Assembly: GCA_020184695.1 (NCBI GenBank)
Contig: JAANOX010000220.1
Coordinates: 1 to 64,000 of the forward strand
Length of the DNA: 64,000 nt
From: Histomonas meleagridis 2922-C6/04-290x
Taxonomy: Eukaryota > Protista > Parabasalia
Direction of reading: 5' to 3'
The notes under the pieces are model-generated. The model saw only the letters and a list, made by a program, of their open reading frames with translations, did not search any database and was not told where the DNA came from. The translations under genes were made by a program, and so were the position numbers. Below, piece by piece: positions 31,319-42,935 of this stretch. Every line of letters begins with the position of its first letter. Position 1 is the stretch's first letter.

Positions 31319-33391
31319 ATGGCCGTTTATTTGTCATTTCCAATGTCAGAAGAAAATTCACAACAGGAAGTGTCAGTAGATGAAGATGACCCTACTAAAA
31401 AAGATCCAAAAATAAAAGAACTTTATGAGGAATACTTATCGTTACGTGATAACACTCTTTTAGAAATTGGTGAAACAATAAAGTCATCAAAACAAAACAT
31501 TTTCCAAATATACAAGCAATTATACAAAAATGCATCAAGGGTTATGGACTTAAATTATTATTTTTACCAACATCGAACTTCAAAAAATGTTCAACTAACT
31601 TTTGCTGAACTTGAAACTGATCCAAAAAGCAAAGTTTTTCTTAGCAAAATTTTCCACATTAGAACTTATTATACTGCATTATTTAAGAATCCACAACAAT
31701 TTGCAATGATAATCTTTAGATTAATATCAAAACAATCATCAAGAATTACATATCTTGCATTTCATGCATTCCCTATTATCTATAATTATTTTATTGACAC
31801 TCAATCTTGTGAACTTGCTTATGAGTTTTTAAAGAAATTATTTGAACTCTCTAAATATGATCAAAAAGTCACTATTCCATTTTCTTCTGCTTTCTTTGCT
31901 GGTGCCTATCATTTTCATGATCTTCTTTGGAGCTCATTACTTGATCAATCACTTTCCAAACGTCAATCTACAACTCTTAATATGCTTTGTCAATCCATTA
32001 AAATCGCGTCATCCACTCTCAAAGTTCATATTCTATTATTATCTGAACTTATTTCACATAATCCCAAAATCGGATATCGATTTTTAATTAATCAAATTCT
32101 TCAATCCTCACTTTTGACCCATCAATTCTTATTCTCTGGGACCGACATAGTGACTGACATCCAAAAGATATTCAAAAACATTAATTTTGACAAAGGCGAA
32201 TCAGATGAAGTTTTATCTATGATTCGAAAATCTTTTGATACACCCGAATTTTTATTAAGTAAAACGGTTCCTATTACCCAAGTCTCGTTTAATGACGGGC
32301 TACCGATATGGATACCCACTTCATTAATTGCGATGTTGTTAAGTGAAACGAAAGAAGAAGATAAACTTGGGACAACATTAATAAAAGATATACCATTGTT
32401 TGAGGCCAACAACATCATGATTTCCATCCCAATATATTTTGGTAAAGTTGCTAATAATGATACAATACCTGCACCTGAAAATTTGCACTTTAACAGTATC
32501 TGGTGTCATATGAAAGAAGTCGCTGATTCTTCTTCTGTTGATCCATTTACTTTGTTATATTACATCAATCCGAATGCGAAGAAAACGCAAATTTCGGCTT
32601 CGAAAGAATTCACTTATTTTGCATTAAATAGAGAAATATTGATCTTGAAACATAAGAAAAACCAATTGGAAGAAGTCATTAAGCTATCTAATATCGAACA
32701 ATCAATGAATGACTTCGTCCAAATCACAGACTCCATTTTGTTTCAGAACGTTTATTATTCAATACATTATCCGTTAGCTCGTGTATTGAAAATTGACAAG
32801 TCCATTCAACCTTCAATAGTTTACGCATCGTACCAACGATCAATTGAAATTTCAAACAAGTTAAAACTTCCAAAGGACTTATTTGAAGTACCAATATTAT
32901 ATGCTATTATGGATAATACACCACAATATACACCCTCGATTAAGAAGTTGGTTAATCTGTACAAAAAGATTTCTTGGAATTTCTTAAATAATCATAATTT
33001 GCCAAACATAATTCAAGTCATAGCAAATGAAATTCATCACTTGCAAACAATTTTAAAGAATTCTATGAGATCACAAACAGGTCAAAAGATGCAATTGTTA
33101 AATATGGTCGTAAAAGAAATCATCACAACTGACGAACTATTGAACTCAAATGGATTTAAGACAACGCCTGATCAGTTGTTCTCTCTCGCAATATTGTTCG
33201 AAGATAGCGGAGAAATTTTGTCCGGAATCGTCAGCTTGATGCAAATTTCAAACAGTTTGCAAAGAGTCGACGTGCAGCCGCTGTTTAAAAATATACAAAA
33301 GTCGTTTTCGTGGTTCTTAAAGTTGTTGATTCAGGATAATGAATTCGTACAAAACCTTTCACAAATGGCTTCAAGAGAATTTGGTCAATAA
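31319..33391 (+). CDS. Hypothetical protein
   Basis: 690-codon ORF, no recognised motif; start may be ATG at 31343. Confidence 0.7.
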   Translation: MAVYLSFPMSEENSQQEVSVDEDDPTKKDPKIKELYEEYLSLRDNTLLEIGETIKSSKQNIFQIYKQLYKNASRVMDLNYYFYQHRTSKNVQLTFAELETDPKSKVFLSKIFHIRTYYTALFKNPQQFAMIIFRLISKQSSRITYLAFHAFPIIYNYFIDTQSCELAYEFLKKLFELSKYDQKVTIPFSSAFFAGAYHFHDLLWSSLLDQSLSKRQSTTLNMLCQSIKIASSTLKVHILLLSELISHNPKIGYRFLINQILQSSLLTHQFLFSGTDIVTDIQKIFKNINFDKGESDEVLSMIRKSFDTPEFLLSKTVPITQVSFNDGLPIWIPTSLIAMLLSETKEEDKLGTTLIKDIPLFEANNIMISIPIYFGKVANNDTIPAPENLHFNSIWCHMKEVADSSSVDPFTLLYYINPNAKKTQISASKEFTYFALNREILILKHKKNQLEEVIKLSNIEQSMNDFVQITDSILFQNVYYSIHYPLARVLKIDKSIQPSIVYASYQRSIEISNKLKLPKDLFEVPILYAIMDNTPQYTPSIKKLVNLYKKISWNFLNNHNLPNIIQVIANEIHHLQTILKNSMRSQTGQKMQLLNMVVKEIITTDELLNSNGFKTTPDQLFSLAILFEDSGEILSGIVSLMQISNSLQRVDVQPLFKNIQKSFSWFLKLLIQDNEFVQNLSQMASREFGQ

Positions 33392-33967
33392 AATATTTAT
33401 TATATCTATTTTTAGTATTTTTACGAGTTTTAAATGAATAAAATATAAAATATATAAATTTGTAATTTCATTAAATATGTTAATGATTTATATATTTATG
33501 TTCTTCATTAAAAAAAATCTATGTTAGTCAAAACATATTATTTATTTTTTTATATTCATTATATGTTCAAAATTTAATCGTAATATACATAGCTATCAAA
33601 AGTGTTTTCGAATTTAATAACAGACTGATTCTTACATGTCATTTTAGTAATTTTTATTTTCAGAACTTGAGATAAAAAATTAATTTTTTATTTTTGAATA
33701 AACTTAGTAATTCTTACTGCAATCAATATAGCTCATATACCTCAATTTAAGCACATATTTGCATGTGAGAAATAATTATTTTTTGATATCAAGAACTTTT
33801 TGTAAAGTATTGAAAAATATTTTGAATGCTTAATTGGCAGATAATCATATACGATTAATATCAATTCAAATAGTAATTTCAATTGGGAACTTTGAAGGGT
33901 TTCAAGTCACTTCATTGGTAAAAAAGTGCTATAATGTAAACTTATCAAAAAAATTTGTGATGTGAAA

Positions 33968-36026
33968 ATGTTTGTGAATAATTTTTTCATGGAAGCAAGA
34001 TCAAATGAACAAACTGGTGCAAAACTTATGGAACTCTTAAAGATTCTACATGATGCTGTATGGAATTTAAATGAAGAAAATATTGAAGAATCAATTCAAA
34101 AAACAAAGGATTTATTTGATAATACTTTACCCATATCCTTTGGTTATACTCTTTGTAATCTCGTTTACTCAGCATATTATTCACAAAGAAAACCTATTAA
34201 TGCATATCTTCAATATTTAAAATCACTCTTTGAAAATACAGATGAAGCCGAGAAAATGAATTATGGAATTTTTGAAATTTTCTGTAACCTTCTTATTCTT
34301 CAAGGGAATAAAGAATCTGATTATATTATTAAAGAAATGTTTGAGCAAAACTTGATCAATCGAGATATTCTACAACTTCCAAAATTACGACGAAATTTTT
34401 ATTTTGTGCAATTTCATACTGAATCCGAAATTAATCACTTATTAAATTTCTATTATTGGAACGAATTCCTTGATAAAATGGCAGAACTCCGAAATAATGA
34501 ATGGGAACTTCATAAGAAATACATTGAAGAAGGAGTTAATCCTAATGAAATTTTAAAAATAATTCGAAATGACGAAATAGAAAAACTTCAAGAAATTTCT
34601 TCTCAAGAAGGATTTGATTTTAATCAAAGAATTAAGCCATCAATATATGAAAGGTGTTCATTTATTAATCAAGAAAATGTTACATTAATTGATTATGCAG
34701 CATTTTTTGGATCTATTAAATGTTTTAAATATTTACTTATGAATAATGCAAAATTAGAAAATACAGGTAAATATGCAATTGCAGGTGGAAATGAAGAAAT
34801 TATTCATTTATGTGAACAAAATCATTCATCATTTGAATATGCATATGAAACAGCAATTCAATTCCATCGAAATGATGTCTTTAAATATCTTTATGAAAAT
34901 AAAATTATTGAAATCAAAAACTTAGAAAAATTAGGAGAGAAATGTATTTCATTTAATAATTATGAAATTTTAACATTTTTACAAGAAAATAAAATGGAAA
35001 TTAATGATTCCATATTTAATGAAATTGCAGAAACAGGAAATATATATTTAATGAAGTATTTCCAGGAAGAAAATAAAATGCCTAATGATATTTTGGTTCA
35101 TTCAGCAAAATCAGGAAATATCGAATTAGTTAAATATATTCTTGAGCAATATGGAGTAAATGTTAATGCACAAAGTATTATTTAATTTTACATCAAATTT
35201 CTTTTGATTTTTTGATATTTATAATTAATGTTTAAAGTTTTTTTATAAAATATTCTTCTGCACTTATAAATGCATCTTGTAATGGTTATGTTGAAATTGT
35301 TAAATTGCTTCTTTCTCAAGATAAAATTAACGTAAATATTAAAGATATTTCTTAACTGCATTTAATATTTATTTTATCAAATTTTTGTTTCTTTTTTGTA
35401 TTCAACGTTTACCATAGATATTTGTTACTGCTTTAATGTATGCATCAGAAAATGGTCATTCCGAAATTGTTAAATTACTTTTGGAACAAAGAAAAATTGA
35501 AGTTAATGCTAAAAATGTTATTTTCCTTTTTGTCTTGTTTGTTATGTAAATATGGTGTTAAAAAATAATTTTTGGAGTTTGTTAAATTTATTTGAAACAG
35601 CACTAATATCAGCAGCAGAAAATGGAAACACTGAAGTTGTAAAATTACTTCTTGAGAAAAAAGGTATTGATATTAATGCAAAAGATTTTTATTCATCTCA
35701 TTTAATGTTTGATTATGAAATATACTGTTTCTTTATAATATTTGGAATTGATTTAATTTATTTCATACAGCACTTATTGCTGCATGTCATCGCGATAACA
35801 TTGAAGTAGTGAAATTATTACTTGAACAAAAAGATATTAATATAAATATCAAAAATATTTAATTGTTTAAAACAAAGTTTTAATAAATTATTTAGAATTT
35901 CATGTTAATAATTGGAGTGTATTTTAATTAGTTGATACTGCTTTAATGGTTGCAAGGAAAATGGAATTTAAAGATATTGTACCTTTATTCAAAGATGAGA
36001 AGCCTAAATCCAGGAGAAGGAAATAA
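33968..36026 (+). CDS. DUF3447-like/ankyrin-repeat protein interrupted by 20 17-nt spacers (572 aa after removal)
   Basis: ORF 33962-35185 stops just inside the first spacer. Removing four 17-mers from the 80-nt blocks at 35177, 35347, 35517, 35687 and 35857 gives an open frame to TAA at 36024-36026 (2059-340=1719 nt). Confidence 0.82.
35177..35936 (+). repeat. Five diverged 170-bp ankyrin units
   Basis: Spacer blocks start at exact 170-bp intervals. Confidence 0.9.
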
Positions 36027-36611
36027 TTTTAGATTATCAATAAAAGTTCATCCAACATTTTTGTGGTATCTATGTTTTCTATTAAAAAGAAAAATTAGTT
36101 TTATGAGACATTATTTCGTTTGTTCATTAAATTTCGTAATATACTAGGACTTAGAAAAAAAATTCACTTTAAATGATTTTATTTCAAGAGGGTCTATTTT
36201 TCATCTAAAAGCAATATTCTCTATCGAAAATGGTTTTGAGTGAAACTTAAAATTTTAGGATAATATTTTCAACAAGTAAGGTTACATTTTAAAATAATCG
36301 CATTTAGACGTGGAGAAAAATTTCAATAATGTTACACTTTTCACATCACAATTCATTCAATAAACACAAAAGTGCTACTTGATGATGAATAAACTAGACA
36401 ATTCCCAATTGGTACGATGCAATTCGATCATTCAATTCACTTCGAGCTTGATGAGAAGTTGTCCCACCGAACACGCACCGATAAGTCGATATATATTTTT
36501 TTTAAAATAATAATCACGCAATAATATATTAAAGATTAAAAATGAGGGACAGAGCCTGTTAAGCTTTGTTTATCGTAAACTTTACAAAATAGCGGTTGGA
36601 AAATCGATAAA

Positions 36612-39600
36612 ATGGAGGAAATATTAAACATACAAAATTTAATCGATGCGCAGGACACAGAAGAATGTTTTATTAGCGGCGACAGTAAAGAAAACAATGG
36701 TGTTGTTTTAACTGCAACAATTATGATTACAAATCAAATATATTTAATTGCTCAATCAAAGACATTACATTCACCAATTGTTTGTAAAATAAATCCAAAA
36801 ATGTCTAATTTGAAATTAATATCGTTATCTCCTCAATTAAATCATATTGTTTGTGTTGACAATAAATCAAATTGTTCTGTCATCCCTATTTCTAAGTTTT
36901 TAGATTTTGCATCTCTCAGTGAAATAAAAGGGATCAATGATAGTTCAGAATTTCCACTTTCAGTTTTTGGAGTCACCCAAAAGAAATCACGTAAAGAAAC
37001 CTATAGTCTCAAGTTTCAATTGCCATTTGCAGTTACAGAAGTATTTTGGTGGAACACTAAAACCTCTTCGAATCTTGTTTTTATTGAAAAATCCGGGTAT
37101 CATATTTATACAATAAATTCCAAAAGTTATACACCACATTTCTTTGACTTATCTGACATCATATATACAACGCATAAATCCACAAGAGATTGTCTTAATA
37201 TCATAGCATTTACCAAAAACAATGTTTATCAAATTCAACATTCATTTTCGCAAAACAATGAAATAACTCAAATAATAAATTCACTTGAAATCGAATATGA
37301 TCCACATAAACCTTTTCACTGTCAATATTCATATACCAAAAGCGATTGGGAATTATCATTTCTACAACAGACTATGAAATTTTATGATTCTGATTTACAA
37401 ATTAAAGAAATCACAAATTTCAAGATGAATTCCAAAGACATTGAATCATATGCAATTACAAAGCATTTTATATTTTATTGTTCACAAAACAAAATCTATG
37501 TTCGATTTCTGATATCGAACGAACAAGAGACAAAACTTTTGATGGAGAACGGTAAAAGTATTCAAATTGTTGATTCAGAAGCCGATAAAGTGATTTTATT
37601 TTCAACGAATTCAATACTTTTCATAAGTGTCAAAGAAAATATTGATAGTATCTTTATACAAAAAGTTCTTGATCACAACATTAGCAACGCTTTATTTATT
37701 GGAAAAGGACTTGGTTTAAATATTTCATTTCTATTTCAATATATAATAAGTGAATATATTAAGAGTCATAATTATAATGATGCATTTGTAATTATGGAAC
37801 AAAAAGAATGTAATTTGAAAGATTCATTCATGAGATTTCTTCAAGAAGGTTATGATCGACTTTCATTACATTTAACATTTCATTCATTTTCTACATCATC
37901 AATTTATCAACAATTGTTATCATTGTTAATTAATCGAGTTCTAATTAAATATTCGATTTTTTATAACTTTAATATTGAAGTCAAGAAAATATTTAAAAAA
38001 GATGACTTTTTATTATCACCAATAAAATATTCTAAATCAGGTTTTGTCGAAGCATTAAAAAAGAAAGATTCACATGTCCTTAAATCTATACCTAATTCAT
38101 TATTGTTTCGTTATAATAATTATTTCGAAATTGAAGACGATTCGATTGGTTTACTAAAAAGTGCCTCGAAACTTGATTTTCCTACAAAACCAATTTTCTC
38201 ATTTTCTTCTAAGTATAAAACATTATTACAGCAATATAAATTAATGTTAGATATAAATGAAGAAGAAATTGGTATTAATGAAATATGTATACAACTTTTA
38301 TATTTTAATGAAACACCAATTTATGTTTATGAGAACAAATTATATATTAATAATTCAATATGTAAAGATATAAGTATTGAAGTTACATCAATAGCATTAA
38401 AAGGTAAAACGTTATATTTAACTGATAATATATTAAAAGTATATAAAACAGAACTTCCACGAATTGATTTAATTGAACTTTCTCATATATATCCGACAAT
38501 TAAAATGATAACGAACGATAAAATTATAATATTTTTATCTATTTCCGGAGGTATTTTCTTTGAAGATGGTAAATATATAATGGGACAATATGTTGACATA
38601 ACAATTTGTAATGATATTCTTTATGCGCTTGATGAATATGGTGAACTTTATTCTATTTCATTAACAGATCATAAAGATATCACAAAAGTCAATTTGTTAA
38701 AACAATTTATTCATTCAATATCATCGACATACAACATATTAATAACAATTTTATCCAGAAATCAATTTGCTATTATCAAAGATAATAAAATCAAAATGAA
38801 AAATGTAAATTTCGAAATCGAATTTTGTCAAAATGGAACAAATGAAGTTTACATTATTGGCTCTGGATATATTTTAATTATTAATCAATACGAAGAAGAA
38901 AAAACATTAAAATATTCACAAAGAATTGGAAATGTTTTACAAATAATTAAACATAATAACGAATATGTTATTGTCGGATCTGCTTCAACACCAATGAAAT
39001 TACTTGAAACTCCAATCAAATCAAATGAAAGTCCTTCGTTTTATGATATGAAAATACTTTCACAACAATATCCGAAAGAATATTTAATGAATTTGTTTGA
39101 TAAAGAGCCATTTCGAGCTTTTGTCTTAGCTCTATTTAATCAATGGGAATTACTTCAAACTTCAAATGGTATTAAAGCATTAGTTCCAATATTAAATGAA
39201 TTACCAATCGAAGCTGCTTCTGAAGTAATGCATTCATTGATAGTACAAAATGACGAAAAAATTATTAACGATGAAAATATATTAAAATCCGAATTTTCAA
39301 GAATTTCATTTGTGAAATATCCAAATGACTTAAAGAAATTATCGAAAATTCAGTTGTTGAACATTTTACCAAAATTAAATGTGACTAAAAATGAAAACGT
39401 TACGAAAATTGACAATTTGTCATTAAACTTATTACAAAATGCACCACATTCAACAGTGGTACCTTCATTAAGACTGAAAGATGGAAAGTTATACGTATTT
39501 AACTGTGGCCATATCTTAAACGCAAACGAAATGATGCAAAATTCAACAATTTTAAAGAAGAAATTGGATGAGAAAAGAATTAACGGTGGCGATGAGATTT

Positions 39601-39680
39601 TTAAGTCGTTTTTGTTGCCTGTTATACCTTCGCAATGTCCGCGTTGCTTATTACAGAATATAGAAAAATACTTGAACTAA
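36612..39680 (+). CDS. Large hypothetical protein with C-terminal degenerate RING-like motif (possibly a Vps/HOPS-type scaffold)
   Basis: 1022-codon ORF; C-terminal FNCGHIL...CPRC. Confidence 0.55.
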   Translation: MEEILNIQNLIDAQDTEECFISGDSKENNGVVLTATIMITNQIYLIAQSKTLHSPIVCKINPKMSNLKLISLSPQLNHIVCVDNKSNCSVIPISKFLDFASLSEIKGINDSSEFPLSVFGVTQKKSRKETYSLKFQLPFAVTEVFWWNTKTSSNLVFIEKSGYHIYTINSKSYTPHFFDLSDIIYTTHKSTRDCLNIIAFTKNNVYQIQHSFSQNNEITQIINSLEIEYDPHKPFHCQYSYTKSDWELSFLQQTMKFYDSDLQIKEITNFKMNSKDIESYAITKHFIFYCSQNKIYVRFLISNEQETKLLMENGKSIQIVDSEADKVILFSTNSILFISVKENIDSIFIQKVLDHNISNALFIGKGLGLNISFLFQYIISEYIKSHNYNDAFVIMEQKECNLKDSFMRFLQEGYDRLSLHLTFHSFSTSSIYQQLLSLLINRVLIKYSIFYNFNIEVKKIFKKDDFLLSPIKYSKSGFVEALKKKDSHVLKSIPNSLLFRYNNYFEIEDDSIGLLKSASKLDFPTKPIFSFSSKYKTLLQQYKLMLDINEEEIGINEICIQLLYFNETPIYVYENKLYINNSICKDISIEVTSIALKGKTLYLTDNILKVYKTELPRIDLIELSHIYPTIKMITNDKIIIFLSISGGIFFEDGKYIMGQYVDITICNDILYALDEYGELYSISLTDHKDITKVNLLKQFIHSISSTYNILITILSRNQFAIIKDNKIKMKNVNFEIEFCQNGTNEVYIIGSGYILIINQYEEEKTLKYSQRIGNVLQIIKHNNEYVIVGSASTPMKLLETPIKSNESPSFYDMKILSQQYPKEYLMNLFDKEPFRAFVLALFNQWELLQTSNGIKALVPILNELPIEAASEVMHSLIVQNDEKIINDENILKSEFSRISFVKYPNDLKKLSKIQLLNILPKLNVTKNENVTKIDNLSLNLLQNAPHSTVVPSLRLKDGKLYVFNCGHILNANEMMQNSTILKKKLDEKRINGGDEIFKSFLLPVIPSQCPRCLLQNIEKYLN

Positions 39681-40106
39681 ATTTTGAATAAATATTGATG
39701 TCATTCTTTAATTTTTGTATGTTTTTTACAAAATCATTGAACATTTTCTTGTGTATGTGAATTCTCTGTAAACTCTTTATCAAAAGCTAATCTTTAATTA
39801 AAATATCAAATTGTTTTTTATGAATGATTTCATTCTTATCAATGATTAATCAAACAATATACTAGGAATTTATTGTAGTTTAAGTTAGCATTGATAGTTT
39901 TCATTGTTAGCGAAAATTTATAAATTATGCACTATTCTGTTTCAGCAACTGGCCAACAAATTGAATAAGTTAACAAAATTTCAATTAACTTTAAAGCTCG
40001 TAAAGCTTTTAAGATTTCAATTTTGAAAGCATTCTTTGGAAGTTTACGTTTGTGACATATTGAAATTTTATCGGATTTTGTTGGTCATTTTTTATCTGAG
40101 TCGACA

Positions 40107-41354
40107 ATGTTAAGACCACTTGCAGGAATTGAAAAGGCTTTCGCTCATCCTTTGTTTCCAGAATGGATGAACTTAGCAATCAAGTTTACAGATCCAAAAT
40201 ATGTTGGAAAGACATTAAGTAATTTTAGGAAAATCTTTGTTGGCTTAAGGACAAAAGTTGAAGATGAAAAATATATACGTACAACAGATGCTACAGTACA
40301 AAAATTGCCAAATTATATTCAGGACTGCAGAACAGCATGCGAATGGATTGCTAAAAATCATATGCCAAAAATCACCGAACGTCTTGCTACAATTGCTGCC
40401 AACGATCATATCATTGTTGTTAATTCATCTCATGCACTTTCTGACTCTGGTTTCTTAATTGATGCTATAAATCATGCACTAGATGACAATATCAAAGAAC
40501 CAGATTTCCCAATTCCAACACACGATGCCTTCAAGCCTGAACTTGAACAAGCTGAAAGGGTCAAACCTAAACTTTATCCATATAATCAATGTTCGCATTA
40601 CATCATTAATATGTCTGATCCACATCTTGCTCCTAAACACATCAAGCCTTTCCCAATGGATGACAGAATTCCTGCAGAAAAGCTTCAATGTTACGTTTCC
40701 AAAGCAAAACGTCCAAAATCACTTACAGAAGCACTTAGCACAGCAATTTCACTCACATTAAACGCATATGGCAATCGTCCAGACGCTCCACTTGCTCTTC
40801 CAATTATTTTTGATCTTCGTCGATTCATTGATCCATCACGAGTAGGATGGAATTTCGGAAATTGCGTCTCGGGGCCAAGTATATATGCGATGCAGAAAGA
40901 AAATTCAACGATATCTGATATCTATAAAATGTTTCGTAAGTCATTAACAGGTTTAATGAACGATGGAATATTTTACGGAGTTGAACATTATCCATATATT
41001 TCAGATCCATATAAGATGCATTCGATTTTGTCCAACTTAGGACCTGTTAAATTCAAGCATCCAATTGTCGATCTCGAAATCATGTCAATTCCTGACTTGG
41101 ATGATAGCTTTGGCATTGACCCATCACAAGCAGGCGCTTCAATCGGATTCTTTTCTTACTCTAAAGTGTCTCCAAATAAGAATATCATCTGTAACACGTT
41201 TAGATTCCAACCAAATATTATGACACGCGAAACTGCAGAAGTATTCAAACAATCAATACATTACTTCTTGACACAAATTCCTGCTGACACTAAATATAAA
41301 GAAGCATACAATGCAATGAAGAACTTCCAAGAAAAAGTTGTGAAAGAATTTTAA
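40107..41354 (+). CDS. Condensation-domain/CoA-dependent acyltransferase-like protein (HxxxD)
   Basis: VVNSSHALSDSG (HxxxD), LPIIFDLRRF, FGNCVS. Confidence 0.55.
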   Translation: MLRPLAGIEKAFAHPLFPEWMNLAIKFTDPKYVGKTLSNFRKIFVGLRTKVEDEKYIRTTDATVQKLPNYIQDCRTACEWIAKNHMPKITERLATIAANDHIIVVNSSHALSDSGFLIDAINHALDDNIKEPDFPIPTHDAFKPELEQAERVKPKLYPYNQCSHYIINMSDPHLAPKHIKPFPMDDRIPAEKLQCYVSKAKRPKSLTEALSTAISLTLNAYGNRPDAPLALPIIFDLRRFIDPSRVGWNFGNCVSGPSIYAMQKENSTISDIYKMFRKSLTGLMNDGIFYGVEHYPYISDPYKMHSILSNLGPVKFKHPIVDLEIMSIPDLDDSFGIDPSQAGASIGFFSYSKVSPNKNIICNTFRFQPNIMTRETAEVFKQSIHYFLTQIPADTKYKEAYNAMKNFQEKVVKEF

Positions 41355-41503
41355 ATAAAAAAATATAAATTATTTTAATTTATTGATGATTTTATTAAGT
41401 ATAAACAAAATTTTTCTTTGGAATATAATAAAATAAAAAAAAGTTATTATTAACCAAATCTTTATTATAATACACAAGATATTCTGAATTATATTTATCG
41501 AAG

Positions 41504-41576
41504 ACCTCCGTAGCTCAACGGTTAGAGCATAGGACTTTTAATCCTGGGGTTGCGGGTTCGAGTCCCGTCGAAGGTG
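41504..41576 (+). tRNA. tRNA-Lys (anticodon TTT)
   Basis: Cloverleaf: ACCTCCG/CGAAGGT acceptor, D-arm TAGCTCAACGGTTAGAGC, anticodon arm TAGGA-CTTTTAA-TCCTG, T-arm GCGGG-TTCGAGT-CCCGT; followed by a T7 Pol III terminator. Confidence 0.93.
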
Positions 41577-41621
41577 TTTTTTTGATTTTTCTTCGGGAAC
41601 TTTTTTAATTAAATTCATTAA

Positions 41622-42821
41622 ATGTCTTCTAATCTAAAACAATTTCTTGGCTTTATTTGTTCAAATGACCAAGATGTTCGTGACCGTAGTGCAAAGTTTT
41701 TAATCACAACTTCAATTTTACATCCAGAAATTATTATTTCTAACATCCAAGAAATCCATTTTTTAATCTTAACTCATTGCCATACTAATGAACCTAATTG
41801 GGGAACAATCTCTTCTATAATCATGGCACTCACAAATGCTATATTTCTTTCTTCAACTTTAACACAAGAAACACTTGTCTTATTAATCAAAATATCTTAT
41901 GATATAACGCATTCTTTCCTTCACACTACTTCACCAGACCACTTTTTTAGACCTCATATGTATCCATTTATTGATGCAATTGAACAGAAAATACAAAATG
42001 GCTTCAAGATGAACCTTGATATATTACTTGCTATTTGCGATCATTGCGCAATTGGCTTTGCACCATACACCACAATGATTCCCATTTTATTCAAGAAATT
42101 TGATGAAATAGAACAAATCATATTAACATGTGATGCTTCATATTACCAGCGTTTAACTGCTCCTATCGAATCACCTGAAATAGAAATTGTATTCTTTTTC
42201 ATTTCTATGTGGGTAATTATCATCAAAGATTTAATCACTCGTCCACGCCTTATTCAAGCATTAATGCGTCATTCTAAGCAACTCCTTGAACTTTCTAATA
42301 GCGTCGATCCTACAATGTCTAAGCCTGCACAATTTCTACTTGATTGCGTGAAAGCTCTTTCTCCTCAAGTCGGTGAAATCAAACGAATTTCAGAAGAAAT
42401 GCGACCACAGCTTCTCAATTTAATTGAGATCAGAATGAATTCAAATATTGATGAGATAACCGCTCGAATCAAAAAGTCGAAAGAAAAGCCTAAAGTTTAT
42501 TCTGTGTATAGAGCTAATGCTAAAGTTCTATCAAAGAAAGGAAGGAAGACATCTTGGAAGAGTTATGAACTTGTTCTTATTGAAGAGGCAAATATATTAA
42601 TGTGGACTGATAATAAAGCACAATTACATGATGGAACTGCAGTACACATGACAGAAATAATGAACGCGGTTGTGCTTCCACCTGGAAAAAAGGAAATGGA
42701 CAAGGAAAATGTTATCAAATTTGATACAAAGAAGGGCGCAGAATATGCTATTTCATTCAAAACGCACCAAGAAGCAATACAATGGCACACATTGATATCA
42801 AAGCTTCTGGTTTCTTTGTAA
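41622..42821 (+). CDS. Hypothetical protein with probable C-terminal PH domain
   Basis: KKGRKTSWKSYELVL...FDTKKGAEYAISFKTHQEAIQWHTLI fits a PH pattern. Confidence 0.6.
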   Translation: MSSNLKQFLGFICSNDQDVRDRSAKFLITTSILHPEIIISNIQEIHFLILTHCHTNEPNWGTISSIIMALTNAIFLSSTLTQETLVLLIKISYDITHSFLHTTSPDHFFRPHMYPFIDAIEQKIQNGFKMNLDILLAICDHCAIGFAPYTTMIPILFKKFDEIEQIILTCDASYYQRLTAPIESPEIEIVFFFISMWVIIIKDLITRPRLIQALMRHSKQLLELSNSVDPTMSKPAQFLLDCVKALSPQVGEIKRISEEMRPQLLNLIEIRMNSNIDEITARIKKSKEKPKVYSVYRANAKVLSKKGRKTSWKSYELVLIEEANILMWTDNKAQLHDGTAVHMTEIMNAVVLPPGKKEMDKENVIKFDTKKGAEYAISFKTHQEAIQWHTLISKLLVSL

Positions 42822-42935
42822 TTATTAAATCATTAAGCTTGAGTAAATTGTTAAAATTTAACAGATTTTAAATTTTTACTGTTTTGATAAATGATGAAAT
42901 GTGATATGAAAGGTACGTTTAAATGAAAGAAAAAA

